Below, piece after piece: positions 32,701 through 43,063 of a stretch of DNA of 64,000 bases. Location of the stretch: NCBI GenBank assembly GCA_040220235.1, contig JAVJTO010000101.1. One strand, given 5' to 3'. The stretch's first letter is position 1. Every line of letters begins with the position of its first letter. The notes beneath the pieces are model-generated. The model saw only the letters and a program-made list of their open reading frames with translations. It was not told the origin of the DNA and did not search any database. The stretch is from Coleofasciculus sp. B1-GNL1-01. GTDB lineage: Bacteria; Cyanobacteriota; Cyanobacteriia; Cyanobacteriales; Coleofasciculaceae. The position numbers were made by a program, and so were the translations under genes.

Positions 32701-35700
32701 GATTTTTGATCCCTGCTTTGGTGAGAAGTCGGCGGTGCGTTACCAAAAGGGTGATATTCACACGCTGGAGGATATCCACACGGCTAATCTGGAGTCCTGT
32801 TATCGTAACTTTCTTGCCGATTTACAGGTAAGGGCAAATTTAGTCGTACCGATTATACAGGGACAAAAATTGTGGGGTTTACTGATTGCCCACCACTGTA
32901 ATCAGCCGAGACATTGGCAGCCTCAAGAGACAGAGTTACTGGTACAACTTGCCACGCAAGTCGCCATTGCGGTACAGCAATCGGAACTCTATCAACAAGC
33001 CCAGGCGGATTTAAGCGAACGCAAACAAGCAGAAACTGCCTTACAACAGCAACTCCAGCGCTCATTACTGCTCAAACAAATCACCCAAGACATTCGCCAA
33101 AGTTTAGACGCCCAACAAATTTTTCAAACTACTGCTACTCAAATTGGTCAAGCCTTTCGCGTCAACCGTTGCGTCATTCATACCTACGTCGCTTCCCCTG
33201 CACCCCAAATCCCGTTTGTTGCCGAATATTTAGAACCGGGTTACTCATCCATCCTGAATGTGAAGATTCCGGTGGCAAACAATCCTCATATTCAACAGGT
33301 ATTAGCCGCCGATCGCGCGATCGCCTCTAACAACGTTTACGACGAGCCTTTGTTACAAAATGCCACGGGAATGTGTGACCAGGTGAACCTGAAATCCATG
33401 TTAGTCGTTCGCACCTCGTATAAGGAAAAACCCAATGGGGTGATTTGTCTGCATCAGTGTGATCAGTTTCGTCAATGGAGTAATGATGAAATTGAATTAC
33501 TCGAAGCCGTTGCCGATCAAGTGGGAATTGCCCTTGCCCAAGCTGAACTCCTGGAACAAGAAAAGCACCAACGACAACAGTTAGCCGAACAAAACGTGGC
33601 GATGGAAAAAGCCAAACAGATCGCCGAAGCCGCCAACCGCGCCAAAAGCGACTTTCTGGCAACCATGAGTCATGAAATTCGCACGCCGATGAATGCAGTG
33701 ATTGGCATGACGGGATTGCTGTTGGATACCCAACTGAGTCATGAACAAGCTGAATTTGCCGAAACAATCCGCAACAGTGGCGAAGCCCTGCTGACGATTA
33801 TTAATGATATCCTCGACTTCTCTAAAATTGAGTCCGGCAAATTGGAGTTGGAGGAACAACCGTTTAATCTGCGAACCTGTATTGAAGAATCTCTAGATCT
33901 GCTAACGCCAAAAGCCGCAGAAAAGGGCATAGAACTGGCGTATCTGTTTGATCCTCATACCCCCAACACGATTCGCGGCGATATTACCCGACTGCGGCAA
34001 ATTCTGGTTAATTTACTGAGTAATGCCCTCAAGTTTACTCATAAGGGAGAAGTGACGGTTTCGGTGTCCTCTAAGCGGGTAAGTCCCCAGTCATTAGACC
34101 ACCTTTCTCACCTAAATTATAAGGAACAACAGTATGAAATTTTGTTTGCAGTTAAAGATACAGGGATTGGCATTCCCCCGGATCGCTTAGATCGTTTATT
34201 TAAAGCCTTTAGTCAAGTCGATTCCTCCACCAGTCGCCACTATGGGGGTACAGGATTAGGGTTGGTCATATCCAAGCGATTAAGTGAAATGATGGGGGGT
34301 AGAATTTGGGTAGAAAGTGAAGTAGGGAAGGGTTCAATCTTTTACTTCACGATTGTTGCCCCAGTCTGTCACATTGATAATCTCAGTAATTTGGATCTCC
34401 GGCAACCTCAGCTTGAAGGCAAGCGGATGTTAATTGTGGATGATAATGCCACTAATCGCCGCATTTTAACTCTACAAGGTCAATCCTGGGGCGTGCTGAC
34501 CCGTGCGGCTGAGTCGGGGGAGCAGGCATTAGACTGGCTACAGCAAGGTGAGACATTTGACTTAGCGATTCTGGATATGCACATGCCGGGAATGGATGGG
34601 GTTAATCTCGCCTCACAGATACGCCGACAGCCAGATGGTCAAGAGATTCCCTTGGTTATGTTAACCTCAATCGGCAAGCCAGAAAACAGTGGTCAACTGG
34701 ATGAAGCCAAGTTTGCGGCGTTTCTGACTAAGCCGATTAAGCAGTCTCAACTCTACAATGTGCTGATGGATGTATTAGTCGGTCAACCGGTGAAAGTGCG
34801 GTCAACCTGTGAGATTTCACCGACGATTGATCCGTATATGGGTGCAAATATACCATTGCGGATTCTGTTGGCGGAGGATAATGTGGTTAACCAGCAAGTG
34901 GGATTGCATATTCTGGGGCGCATGGGGTATCGGGCGGATGTAGCCGCCAATGGCTTAGAAGTCCTCGAAGCATTGCACCGCCAGTCTTATGATGTGGTAT
35001 TAATGGATGTGCAAATGCCGGAAATGGATGGTTTGAAAGCAACTCAGCGCATTTGTCAGGAATGGTCACCGGAAAACCGTCCTTATATTATCGCAATGAC
35101 GGCTAATGCCATGCGAGGCGATCGCGAAACCTGTTTGCAGGCAGGTATGGATGATTATATCAGCAAGCCGATTCGGGTTGAGGAACTGGTGCGATCGTTG
35201 CAGGGCGTGCCAAAAAAGGTACAGGAAACTCGGACTCCCCAGAAGGCAGAAGCCAGAGGGCAGAGGCTCCAAGCAAAGAAGCAAGGGAGCAAGGTACAAG
35301 GAAATAATAACGGTTTAGACGAACATGATGTGATTGATGACCAAGCTTTTCAACAACTGTGCGATATGGTCAAAGATGATCAAGTCTTAATCCAAGTGAT
35401 TGATAGCTTTTTGGACGAAGGCGCTCAATTGTTGGGAGTAATGAACCAAGCACTGGATTCACAGAAAACGGATACATTGTCACCTGAGACGCTAACCACT
35501 TGTCAACAGGCGGCTCACAGTCTCAAATCTACCAGTGGTACGGTTGGTGCGATTCACCTTTCTGAACTGTGTAAGCAGTTAGAGAAGGTAGATATTAATG
35601 AAACGGACAATCCACTGGCATTAACGACTCATCTATTAACACAAATTGATCAGGAGTATGAACAGGTAAAGGTGGCGTTAAAAAGCAAACGTCAGCAATT

Positions 35701-35716
35701 GAAGGAGAAGTGTTGA
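29792..35716 (+). CDS. Hybrid histidine kinase: CBS-PAS-PAS-GAF(DXCF)x2-GAF-HisKA-HATPase-REC-REC-HPt
   Basis: [17 protein letters not shown], two DxxMP receivers, AHSLKSTS HPt; start possibly ATG 29915. Confidence 0.93.
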   Translation: MQCDGNNPTVNHQEREKGYNPKHYSLGVCLSQLQPAPYPIIMQPDTTATTFPALEHFIDYHPLTIEAQATLVEAIALLNQGQSLSAYQSGQITKEPERSHRIVLVTENSALIGIVTTRQLIELMLAGVNFQDTQVADVMMRSPITLTLCESCHLFTALSFFESYSIDHLPVLDKAGKCIGLITENSICQGLPELNLLKSQSVAATMTTPALKVSLTTSILDVAQQLIKTQETCAVLIQERGIGDETNGRTFKQSAIASPLSSVSAHSLPVGLITQQDLIHCLQLSVFGLDLSKTPVSMVIKKPLLSLHPDDSLKQGLEQMRQVGQIPQLVYQSPENFLGIFTATDIIKALNPLALLNQVEQLQQTINQQANQLKQTLNDLSQAETTLETSHQRLQLIQTIASNPTLNGSDWQREFSELTQAPSASPCLPSSSLVETPSDKTMEPPQVAHIVKTATERLELILRASQDGFWDWNMITGDIYFSPRWKEMLGYADWELPNELASWEKVIFDEDRIAALKLIEDYNRGKVSRFQAVQRFHHKNGSTVYILSRAIHQKDAADRVIRMVGTHTDITDRKQAEASLQAEYSFKTQLIERMGEGVCVCHSIDTYPYIRFTVWNQQMVKITGYTVEEINRRGWYQTFYPDPKQRSQAVKRIAQMQRGEDLVGEKWDIVRADGSHRILSISTSRIETSEHQTHILALIQDVTERLHSETASQQQAERERLIRSIALRIHQSLELENILNTTVTEVRQFLQTDRVLIYRFNPDWSGVVAVESVESDTLSVLGQTIYDPCFGEKSAIRYQQGYIHTVEDIYTADILPCYRDFLADLQVRANLVVPILQGQKLWGLLIAHHCHRPRHWQTVDIDLLQQLATQVAIAIQQSELYQQLSTELAERKQAETALRQQAERERLISAIARRIRQSLHLTEILNTTVTEVRHFLETDRVLIYRFNPDWSGVVEVESVAVKELSVLGRTIFDPCFGEKSAVRYQKGDIHTLEDIHTANLESCYRNFLADLQVRANLVVPIIQGQKLWGLLIAHHCNQPRHWQPQETELLVQLATQVAIAVQQSELYQQAQADLSERKQAETALQQQLQRSLLLKQITQDIRQSLDAQQIFQTTATQIGQAFRVNRCVIHTYVASPAPQIPFVAEYLEPGYSSILNVKIPVANNPHIQQVLAADRAIASNNVYDEPLLQNATGMCDQVNLKSMLVVRTSYKEKPNGVICLHQCDQFRQWSNDEIELLEAVADQVGIALAQAELLEQEKHQRQQLAEQNVAMEKAKQIAEAANRAKSDFLATMSHEIRTPMNAVIGMTGLLLDTQLSHEQAEFAETIRNSGEALLTIINDILDFSKIESGKLELEEQPFNLRTCIEESLDLLTPKAAEKGIELAYLFDPHTPNTIRGDITRLRQILVNLLSNALKFTHKGEVTVSVSSKRVSPQSLDHLSHLNYKEQQYEILFAVKDTGIGIPPDRLDRLFKAFSQVDSSTSRHYGGTGLGLVISKRLSEMMGGRIWVESEVGKGSIFYFTIVAPVCHIDNLSNLDLRQPQLEGKRMLIVDDNATNRRILTLQGQSWGVLTRAAESGEQALDWLQQGETFDLAILDMHMPGMDGVNLASQIRRQPDGQEIPLVMLTSIGKPENSGQLDEAKFAAFLTKPIKQSQLYNVLMDVLVGQPVKVRSTCEISPTIDPYMGANIPLRILLAEDNVVNQQVGLHILGRMGYRADVAANGLEVLEALHRQSYDVVLMDVQMPEMDGLKATQRICQEWSPENRPYIIAMTANAMRGDRETCLQAGMDDYISKPIRVEELVRSLQGVPKKVQETRTPQKAEARGQRLQAKKQGSKVQGNNNGLDEHDVIDDQAFQQLCDMVKDDQVLIQVIDSFLDEGAQLLGVMNQALDSQKTDTLSPETLTTCQQAAHSLKSTSGTVGAIHLSELCKQLEKVDINETDNPLALTTHLLTQIDQEYEQVKVALKSKRQQLKEKC

Positions 35717-36095
35717 TTGTGTAGGGGCGGATTTAGGGACTTTAGTGTAGCTATAGATGATAACGTTTATCCAAAACCCGCCCTGAGAGTGTGTAGGGGC
35801 GGTTTTAGGGAGTTGTGTGTAGCTATATATGATAACGTTGAGCCAAAACCCGCCCTGCCTAAATATTGAGTGTAGCAGACATCGCATGTTATAGCAGTAG
35901 ACACATCGATTAGGACAAAGGCACCATTGTAGAGACGTTGCATGCAACGTCTGGAACATAAATGATGTGTCCTAACAGCTATGGCGGTTGCTATAACGGT
36001 GAAAATCGTCATTTGTCATTTGGTCAGGGCGGGTTTTGCAGCCAAGCTAAGGAAAACCATCAATATTAGTCCCTAAACCCGCCCCTACACACAGA

Positions 36096-36202
36096 TATAG
36101 CACTACGCATTGAGGTTAGGACAATAAAATTAGGTGAAAAGGCAATAGGGAATAGGCAATAGGCAACAGAGTAATGTCCTAACGTATGCCCGTAATGCTA
36201 TA
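36096..36202. mobile_element. MITE (TATAGCA...TAGGACA / TGTCCTA...TGCTATA) with STRR inside; lone ends near 16430, 22644 and 35967
   Basis: Imperfect TIRs. Confidence 0.7.
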
Positions 36203-36296
36203 CACCATGGTAGTTTCTACATGAGTGTCCCCATCTTCCCCATCTTCCCCACACCCCACACCCCACACCCCACACCCCACACCCCACACCCTAGCT

Positions 36297-36944
36297 TCAA
36301 CGCCGAGAGGGTCCCGGATTAAGAAGTTGAACTTCGCTAATCCGAATTACGTAGGGATGATACTTATCTTCTTGAAAAGAGCCAACCCAAACTTTATACT
36401 CTCCCGCTAACCACTGACCCGAAATTCCAGGATTTTTGCCGTCAGCATCATCATTACACCAGCTTCCACCAGGACCCCTCACCAATAAAGTAGTATCCTC
36501 CGGGCTTTCCACTTGTAAGCTGAGGTAGTTGAAAAAAGACGTTAACTCTAGGATATGATCAGGCTGTTCATCAATAAATCCGATACAAGAACCGGTTGGT
36601 GTTTCTCTACGACCCGAAACATCTGGCGTTGAAACAGAACCGCCACTGATCCCCCGAATAATCAACGGATCAGGTGAAAATCGCCGCCCCAGTTTTACGT
36701 TCTCAAATATGGGTTGCGGTGCGGCGGATTGAGCGTCAACGGCGGGAGTCATCAATAGTCCACTGGCAAATGTGGCTGTAGCAAGTGCTGTTCCCCAGCG
36801 CCAGAGTCTCAAGACACTTACTGGGGAGTCGGAGAGTAAGGAGAGAGGTGACATAGTGGTTAGGCGAGAAGGGTGTCTTTTATTCATAACTGAGCGATTC
36901 CATCTTTGGGGAATCTCTGGGAATTGTGTTTTTGGCTTTGGCAC
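36297..36944 (-). CDS. Secreted hypothetical protein (PPC-like beta domain)
   Basis: Signal peptide; DTTLLVRGPGG.WCNDD and GEYKVWVG; start uncertain. Confidence 0.7.
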   Translation of the reverse strand: MPKPKTQFPEIPQRWNRSVMNKRHPSRLTTMSPLSLLSDSPVSVLRLWRWGTALATATFASGLLMTPAVDAQSAAPQPIFENVKLGRRFSPDPLIIRGISGGSVSTPDVSGRRETPTGSCIGFIDEQPDHILELTSFFNYLSLQVESPEDTTLLVRGPGGSWCNDDADGKNPGISGQWLAGEYKVWVGSFQEDKYHPYVIRISEVQLLNPGPSRR

Positions 36945-37345
36945 GAGGTTGTATAATTGGCAAAATAATCAGAGGCGTGTTCTTATTGGATATTAACAGC
37001 TCGATGTGGTAAGTATGGACGCGAATGTTGCAAATTGTGTTCCGCTCTTTGCTTCAGTCTTATAACTTAGAAGATGTACTTCAATGTGAAGCACAAAGCA
37101 CTACATCTACCAAAAAGGGGAAATTCGGAAAGATTGAATGTTTAAAAACTAAAAGTGGAACACCTTGCCTGTCTAAACCGCAAAAATCCAAAATTTGCTA
37201 CTCTCTTTATTAATTACCAGGAAATAGCTATAATACATAAATAATCGGCTATTCTATATTTAGACTGTTTACGAATTGTCTGAGCCGTTTTTGGGGAAAA
37301 TACCTGAGGAACCCCCTTTTGCCATGGCGATTGAAGTATGACAGG

Positions 37346-37927
37346 TTACGGCTGAAGTTGTGATAGTTCCTGTTGGATTTGCGCGATCGCACGTTCTAAT
37401 TGTTCCACTCGCTCTGGGTTGACAGAAGCGGTTGTGCGATCAGGCTGGGGAAGCTGATCGATGGTCTGCTTGAGGGCTACGATAATTCCAGCTAACGTTT
37501 CAATCTGTTCTAATTCGGGACGCTGCCTGAATTTTTGATTCAATTCATCAAGTTTTGATTGTAGGGGGGCTAGAGAACCTCGCAACGCCTTTTGCTTCTC
37601 ATTAATTGCCTCAACGGTAGAGACAACAGCAGACAGTTCCTCTCTAGACATCTGATTCGAGTCAGGTTGCTTCAGTTGAGCAACGTCTGTACGTAAAGCT
37701 TGGATATCTCGGCTTAAGTTGTCAATTTGAGTGCGATCATTGATTTTGCGCCGCAGCAGTTGGACAACACGACGGCGGTTAATTAGATTGAGTAACAGGG
37801 AAATCGCTAACGGTGCTAATCCATAAATTATCTGTTCAGATATAACGGCTACTATTGCTCCCACAAATGAGGCGGCAATAGCAACAGATTCAGCGATAAA
37901 AAGCCAGTTATTTTTGTCATTTGTCAT
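37346..37927 (-). CDS. 2-TM coiled-coil hypothetical protein
   Basis: N-terminus paralogous to that of 38137-39729. Confidence 0.75.
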   Translation of the reverse strand: MTNDKNNWLFIAESVAIAASFVGAIVAVISEQIIYGLAPLAISLLLNLINRRRVVQLLRRKINDRTQIDNLSRDIQALRTDVAQLKQPDSNQMSREELSAVVSTVEAINEKQKALRGSLAPLQSKLDELNQKFRQRPELEQIETLAGIIVALKQTIDQLPQPDRTTASVNPERVEQLERAIAQIQQELSQLQP

Positions 37928-38030
37928 TTGTCATTTGTCATTTGTCATTTGTCATTTGTCATTTGTCATTTGTCATTTGTCATTTGTCATTTGTCAGGGA
38001 ATAGGGAATAGGGAATAGGGAATAGGGAAC
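37913..38030. repeat. STRR arrays (TTTGTCA)n followed by (GGGAATA)n
   Basis: Read directly. Confidence 0.95.
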
Positions 38031-38136
38031 GGGAATGAATACAGCCATTCGGTAATAGTCAGGGCGGGTTTAGTTACATTTATGGTTAGGTGAAAAACGA
38101 TAGTAGTAAAACCCGCCCCTACAGACATGCCATGGC

Positions 38137-39729
38137 TTATAACTGCTGCCAAAGCTTAACTGTACCATCCCGATTGCCTCCAGCTAACCACTGACCCTCT
38201 GGACTTAGAGCCACAGATACCACAGAACCAGCATCGTTATTGTCCAAGACAAGCAACGGTTCATCGATGCCTAGCCACCAGATCTTAATCGTACCGTCTG
38301 CATGAGCCGCGATCGCACTTTGCCCGTTATCGCTAAAAATAATCGACATGGCGGGTGCGGAGGGACATTGCCAACGTTCTACCCGTTCAGCACTATCAAG
38401 TTGCCATACCTTCAGAGTACCATCGGTACAGGCAGCAGCTAACCGATGCCCATCGGGACTTAAGGCAAGGGAGTTGATCGAACTCAGATTGTCGGTGAGA
38501 CTGAAGTCTAGATCAAACGGCTGAACATGCCACAGATCAATGATGCCATCTCCGCCGCCACTGGCAAGGGTTTTGCCATCTGGACTTAAGGCGATCGCGG
38601 ATAATCTTCCGGCGTCTTGAACTAAATCTTGCACAAATTTTCCCTGATCCAATTGCCATAGCTTAATGGTTTGGTCAAAGCTACCACTGATCAGAGTTTG
38701 GTTATCTGGCATAATCACCAGCGATCGCACGGAACCGTTATGACCTGTTAAGGTATGGCATAACTCCCCAGTCTCTAGATTCCAGACCTTAATCGTCTGA
38801 TCAAATCCCCCACTCGCCAGCCATTTACCATCAAGGCTTAAGCTAAGACATAGGACTCCCTGTTGATGATCACTAAATGTGTGAATCAGATCACCCGTCT
38901 CTAGATTCCACAGCTTCACGGTTTTGTCTAAACTACCACTAACCAGGATTTGACCATCAGCGCTCATTGCCAAAGCGCTAACCCAATCCTGATGTCCTTT
39001 CAGGGTTAATCTAAAGTTCCAATTGGGTAGGATTGGTTCAGGGACAAAAGCACTCGGATACGCTCTCCTATCTTCTTCCCAGACGCGCCATGGCGCGTCT
39101 CTACAGACATCTCCAGCTTCCCCAGCTTCCCCAGCTTTCCTAACAGGGGAAACCGATTCAGACGCGACAGGAAATAAGGAGGGTTCACCCCCCGCCTCTG
39201 TGTGCCAATGGGTTGGTTGTTCGGGATCAGCCGCAATCGGAATTTGGTAGTGTAGTTGATCAAGATCGGCAGTGACTTTTGCGATCGCGGCTTCTAATTG
39301 CTCGATGTGGTTGGGCAATGAGGCACTATTGAGATAATCTACAACATTTCGCAGCGATTGTTCCACGCTAACAATTCGAGCTTGAAGTTGGGCGATTTTT
39401 ATTGCTCCTAATTCCGAAGCGGGATTCTCAATTTGAGCCAGATAGTCGGGGAGTTTTGCTTGTAAAGAGGCGAGTGCTTGCTTTTGTTGCTGTTGGTATA
39501 ACGATTGACTCTCTTGGGACAGTTGTCGATGCAATTGCGCCATGGCTCCCGTTAGCCGATTTCGGCTGTGTTGCTCGAACCGGAGGCGATTGATCAGATT
39601 CAGCAACAGTGTAATCGACAATGGAACTGCCCCATAGATAATTTCACCAGACGCCGCCGCGACAGCCCAGCCAATGATTGAGACAGCAACAAAGATACAC
39701 TCGGCAATTTTCAGACGGTGAGTTAGCAT
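38137..39729 (-). CDS. 2-TM coiled-coil + WD40 repeat protein
   Basis: About 7 C-terminal WD40 repeats. Confidence 0.88.
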   Translation of the reverse strand: MLTHRLKIAECIFVAVSIIGWAVAAASGEIIYGAVPLSITLLLNLINRLRFEQHSRNRLTGAMAQLHRQLSQESQSLYQQQQKQALASLQAKLPDYLAQIENPASELGAIKIAQLQARIVSVEQSLRNVVDYLNSASLPNHIEQLEAAIAKVTADLDQLHYQIPIAADPEQPTHWHTEAGGEPSLFPVASESVSPVRKAGEAGEAGDVCRDAPWRVWEEDRRAYPSAFVPEPILPNWNFRLTLKGHQDWVSALAMSADGQILVSGSLDKTVKLWNLETGDLIHTFSDHQQGVLCLSLSLDGKWLASGGFDQTIKVWNLETGELCHTLTGHNGSVRSLVIMPDNQTLISGSFDQTIKLWQLDQGKFVQDLVQDAGRLSAIALSPDGKTLASGGGDGIIDLWHVQPFDLDFSLTDNLSSINSLALSPDGHRLAAACTDGTLKVWQLDSAERVERWQCPSAPAMSIIFSDNGQSAIAAHADGTIKIWWLGIDEPLLVLDNNDAGSVVSVALSPEGQWLAGGNRDGTVKLWQQL

Positions 39730-40169
39730 TCCTGATCTTGACTCATTGGGACTAGGGATAGATCTTGCACGAGAAGACGTTGTCAGATACTCGCTTCAAA
39801 GCTTAACTTGCCTGCCGGATAATCGCGATGCCAGGAGGGTGCGATCGCTAAAATTTTATCCACTTGCTCTGCCAACTCTCGATTACCTACTTTCTCGACG
39901 GATCGAGCGTAACTGAGGGAGTCTTGACCCTGCTTGTTACTGTACATCCTTAACAGTTCTTTAACTCTATTGGTACTGGGTATTTTATTAGTTTCTTTGG
40001 CTTGTCACTCATTTGATTCTCCACAAACTCTAGTTTTTGTTGTGAGTGGTCACTTTTCCTGTTACAAATAAACCTAAATAAAAACCGAAAAAAACATAAA
40101 AATTTTAATTTAAGTGAAAATTTTTATGTAAAAAAAAGACATCTCCTTTTTTAAAGGTCAATTCCAGGA

Positions 40170-40973
40170 GTGATTGTTGTCATGAAATCTATCACGTCGA
40201 TAATTTGTATTACGGCTAGCGGGACACTGAGTTTAGGATTAATCAATCCGAATTTGGCACAAGCTGCCAGCGTTACATTGACTGTTAAAGGAACTGATGC
40301 TATCTATCTTGCTGGTCGTGATGATGTAGTAGTTCCTCCAGCCAACCAGCCTTTCAACGTATTAGGGCGACATTCAGGTAATACTCCAGAAGAACTACAG
40401 GAAACCTTTCCTCCATCTATCGCCGTTAGCGGTGGACAAAAATTTACCTTTAGCGCTACTGGCTGCGTTGACTACTTTAATGGCTTTGGTTGCCCCTCCC
40501 AAGGTTATGGTCCCGACGGGAATGGCGTTAGTGGTAGTAACCTTTTCAGCTTAGCCGGCATCAGTGGTTATATCGGTCCAGAAGGTCCCTTAGCTGGCGT
40601 ATTTTTAACCGATAATAATCCTGTGGGCAGTCTCCCGCCATCCACTCTCAATTTTACTCCTTCAGCTCTGGGAAAAAACTTTGTCAGCTTGAGTCCAGAA
40701 ATCGGACAAGTCTTCTTCATTGGGGATGGCGTGACAAGTAATAATAAAGCTCAAACCTTCATCGCTCCCACTGGGGCAACACGGCTTTTCCTGGGAATTC
40801 CTGATGGGTTTGGTTTTGATGGTGCGCCCGGTGCTTATGATGATAACGACGGTGCATTCGTGGTGAATGTTACTTCTGTGCCTGAACCTCTGACAATTTT
40901 GGGTTCAGCTACAGCGTTAGGAGTTGGAGCATTGCTGAAACGAGAGCAAACAAGAAGCAAAAAGAAAAATTAA
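40170..40973 (+). CDS. PEP-CTERM sorting domain surface protein
   Basis: Signal peptide; C-terminal VPEPLTILGSATALGVGALLKR plus basic tail. Confidence 0.9.
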   Translation: MIVVMKSITSIICITASGTLSLGLINPNLAQAASVTLTVKGTDAIYLAGRDDVVVPPANQPFNVLGRHSGNTPEELQETFPPSIAVSGGQKFTFSATGCVDYFNGFGCPSQGYGPDGNGVSGSNLFSLAGISGYIGPEGPLAGVFLTDNNPVGSLPPSTLNFTPSALGKNFVSLSPEIGQVFFIGDGVTSNNKAQTFIAPTGATRLFLGIPDGFGFDGAPGAYDDNDGAFVVNVTSVPEPLTILGSATALGVGALLKREQTRSKKKN

Positions 40974-41206
40974 GCACTTAGGATAGTAGCCGTCTAAGGA
41001 TTTGTTTTCATCTATAACAGTGAGGTACACAGATCCCCGACTTCTTGGAGAAGTCGGGGATCTTGCAAAGGATAGAGTAAGTAGGTGGGTGGAAATAAAC
41101 CCAACACCTGACAAGTTCTATAAATAGTCCTCAAACCTTTACATAAACGTAGCTTACTTCTGTTCGGGAGCGAGTATGACATACACGAATGACGAATGAC
41201 CAAGAA

Positions 41207-42607
41207 TTACAGACCAAGAACCATCTTGGCAATATTGAAATAAATCAACACCCCTAACACATCAACCGCCGTGGTAATAAACGGTGCTGACATCAAAGCT
41301 GGATCTAATCCCAGGGAACGGAACAGAAACGGTAACGCCGAACCCGCTACCGAAGCCAGAATCGCGATCGCAATTAAACTGATACCCACAGCAACAGCAA
41401 CAAAGATATCATCTCTGAGCAGATACGCCCAAACCGTTGCCACTGAGCCTAAAATTGTCCCCAGTAGCGCTCCTGCCATAGCTTCACGCCCAATGACCTG
41501 TAATGAACCCATATCTCGAATTTCGTCAGTGTTTAAACCACGAATCACCACCGTTGACGATTGAGCGCCCACATTTCCCCCTGTACCCGTTAACAGAGGA
41601 ATAAATGCCGCCAGTGCCACAACTCTTTGTAAGATGTCTGCTTGAGAGTTAATGATGGTGGCAGTCACACTGTTTGTCAGTAACAACACAAATAACCAAA
41701 CCACTCGTTTGCGGGCAACAGTAATTAAGTTGGTTTGAAAGTAATTATCGCGCCCGGATTGTACCCCACCCCCCAAGGCATAGATATCTTCAGTAGTTTC
41801 TCGTTCTAAAATATCGATCACATCATCAACGGTGACAATCCCTACCAAACGATGTTCTCGATCAACCACAGGTACAGCCAGAAAGTCGTAACGTTGGATT
41901 AACCGCGCCACTTCTTCTTGATCGGTATCTGTGTGAACACAAACGGCATCACGACTCATTACTTCACCTAGAGTTTGCTCCGGTGGAGACACAACCAAAT
42001 CCCGCAATGAAACGATTCCACTCAGATGTCGTTCTGCATCGGTGACATAAACGTAATAAATCGTCTCCGTGGTACTGGCTAAACTACGAATCCGTTCCAG
42101 GGTTTCGCCCAAGGTTAAGCTTTCTTTCAGGGAAATATACTCCGGCGTCATGATTCGCCCTGCGGTATCGGCTTCATAACCGAGGAGTTGGGCGGTGGCT
42201 TGGCGTTCCTGGGGACTCAGTTGAGCGAGCAAACGGCGAACCACTTTGGCGGGCAATTCATCAAATAATCGCACTCGATCATCGGGAGACATTTTGTCCA
42301 CAATGTCAAGTACCTCTTGGCGTTTAAATTCCTCGATCAGCGATTGTTGGACGCTAGAGTCAAGGTATTCGTAAACTTCAATCGCCTCAGCTTTCGAGAG
42401 TAAGCGGAACGCGATAACCTGTAGGGCGTCGGGCAATCCTTCGATCGCGTCGGCGATGTCCACAGGTTGTACAGGCACTAATACCTGTTTAGCGCCCTGA
42501 AAATTGTCTTGTTCCAACAGCATTTGCAGTTGAGTCCGAACTAACTCTCGCAACTCGCTGCGCGATCCCGTCTGGAGGGGAATATTGTTTTCTCTTAATT
42601 CAGACAT
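41207..42607 (-). CDS. mgtE: Magnesium transporter MgtE
   Basis: MgtE_N, CBS pair, GTGGNVGAQ, PFITTAVD. Confidence 0.97.
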   Translation of the reverse strand: MSELRENNIPLQTGSRSELRELVRTQLQMLLEQDNFQGAKQVLVPVQPVDIADAIEGLPDALQVIAFRLLSKAEAIEVYEYLDSSVQQSLIEEFKRQEVLDIVDKMSPDDRVRLFDELPAKVVRRLLAQLSPQERQATAQLLGYEADTAGRIMTPEYISLKESLTLGETLERIRSLASTTETIYYVYVTDAERHLSGIVSLRDLVVSPPEQTLGEVMSRDAVCVHTDTDQEEVARLIQRYDFLAVPVVDREHRLVGIVTVDDVIDILERETTEDIYALGGGVQSGRDNYFQTNLITVARKRVVWLFVLLLTNSVTATIINSQADILQRVVALAAFIPLLTGTGGNVGAQSSTVVIRGLNTDEIRDMGSLQVIGREAMAGALLGTILGSVATVWAYLLRDDIFVAVAVGISLIAIAILASVAGSALPFLFRSLGLDPALMSAPFITTAVDVLGVLIYFNIAKMVLGL

Positions 42608-43063
42608 AATCAGCCTGGATAGTTCTATACTGTGCTAGAGCCGGATTGCAAGAGTTGAATGGTGAGAGTTCTCCTCGAAGTATCCGAGGATGATTGACGA
42701 ATCACCTTAGCTAGCGCTCACTGCCGATGTCCGACACAGATGTCGATCACGGATTCTTAAGTCTTCAGTTTAACTTCAAGTGGTCTCTAGGTGTTTACTG
42801 AGGGATGAGGAATGCGTGGCAAACTGCCCTCTAAAACTCAACGCGATCGCGACGAAATGAGATATGAAGATTAAAACAAACTTTCTGTTTCTGATGAAAT
42901 AATGAAGTGATTTGATAGCTATTTATTCAGCCTACCACTTTGGGTAGAACTAATATACCGTGAGACAGAGACGAAAACACCTAACTGCTGATACCTATCC
43001 AAAACCTCCTTTGATGAACTAGGATCAAATTTTTTCTGTCATATCCTTCCCCTAAGGAGAACC

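Noticed and set aside
32853..33930. Overlapping alternative-frame ORFs inside the large kinase (also inside cobN and cikA)
   Set aside because: Shadow ORFs with no recognisable motifs
42608..43063. Mg-sensing riboswitch upstream of mgtE (and cobalamin riboswitch upstream of cobN)
   Set aside because: No recognisable consensus by eye; a covariance-model search would be needed
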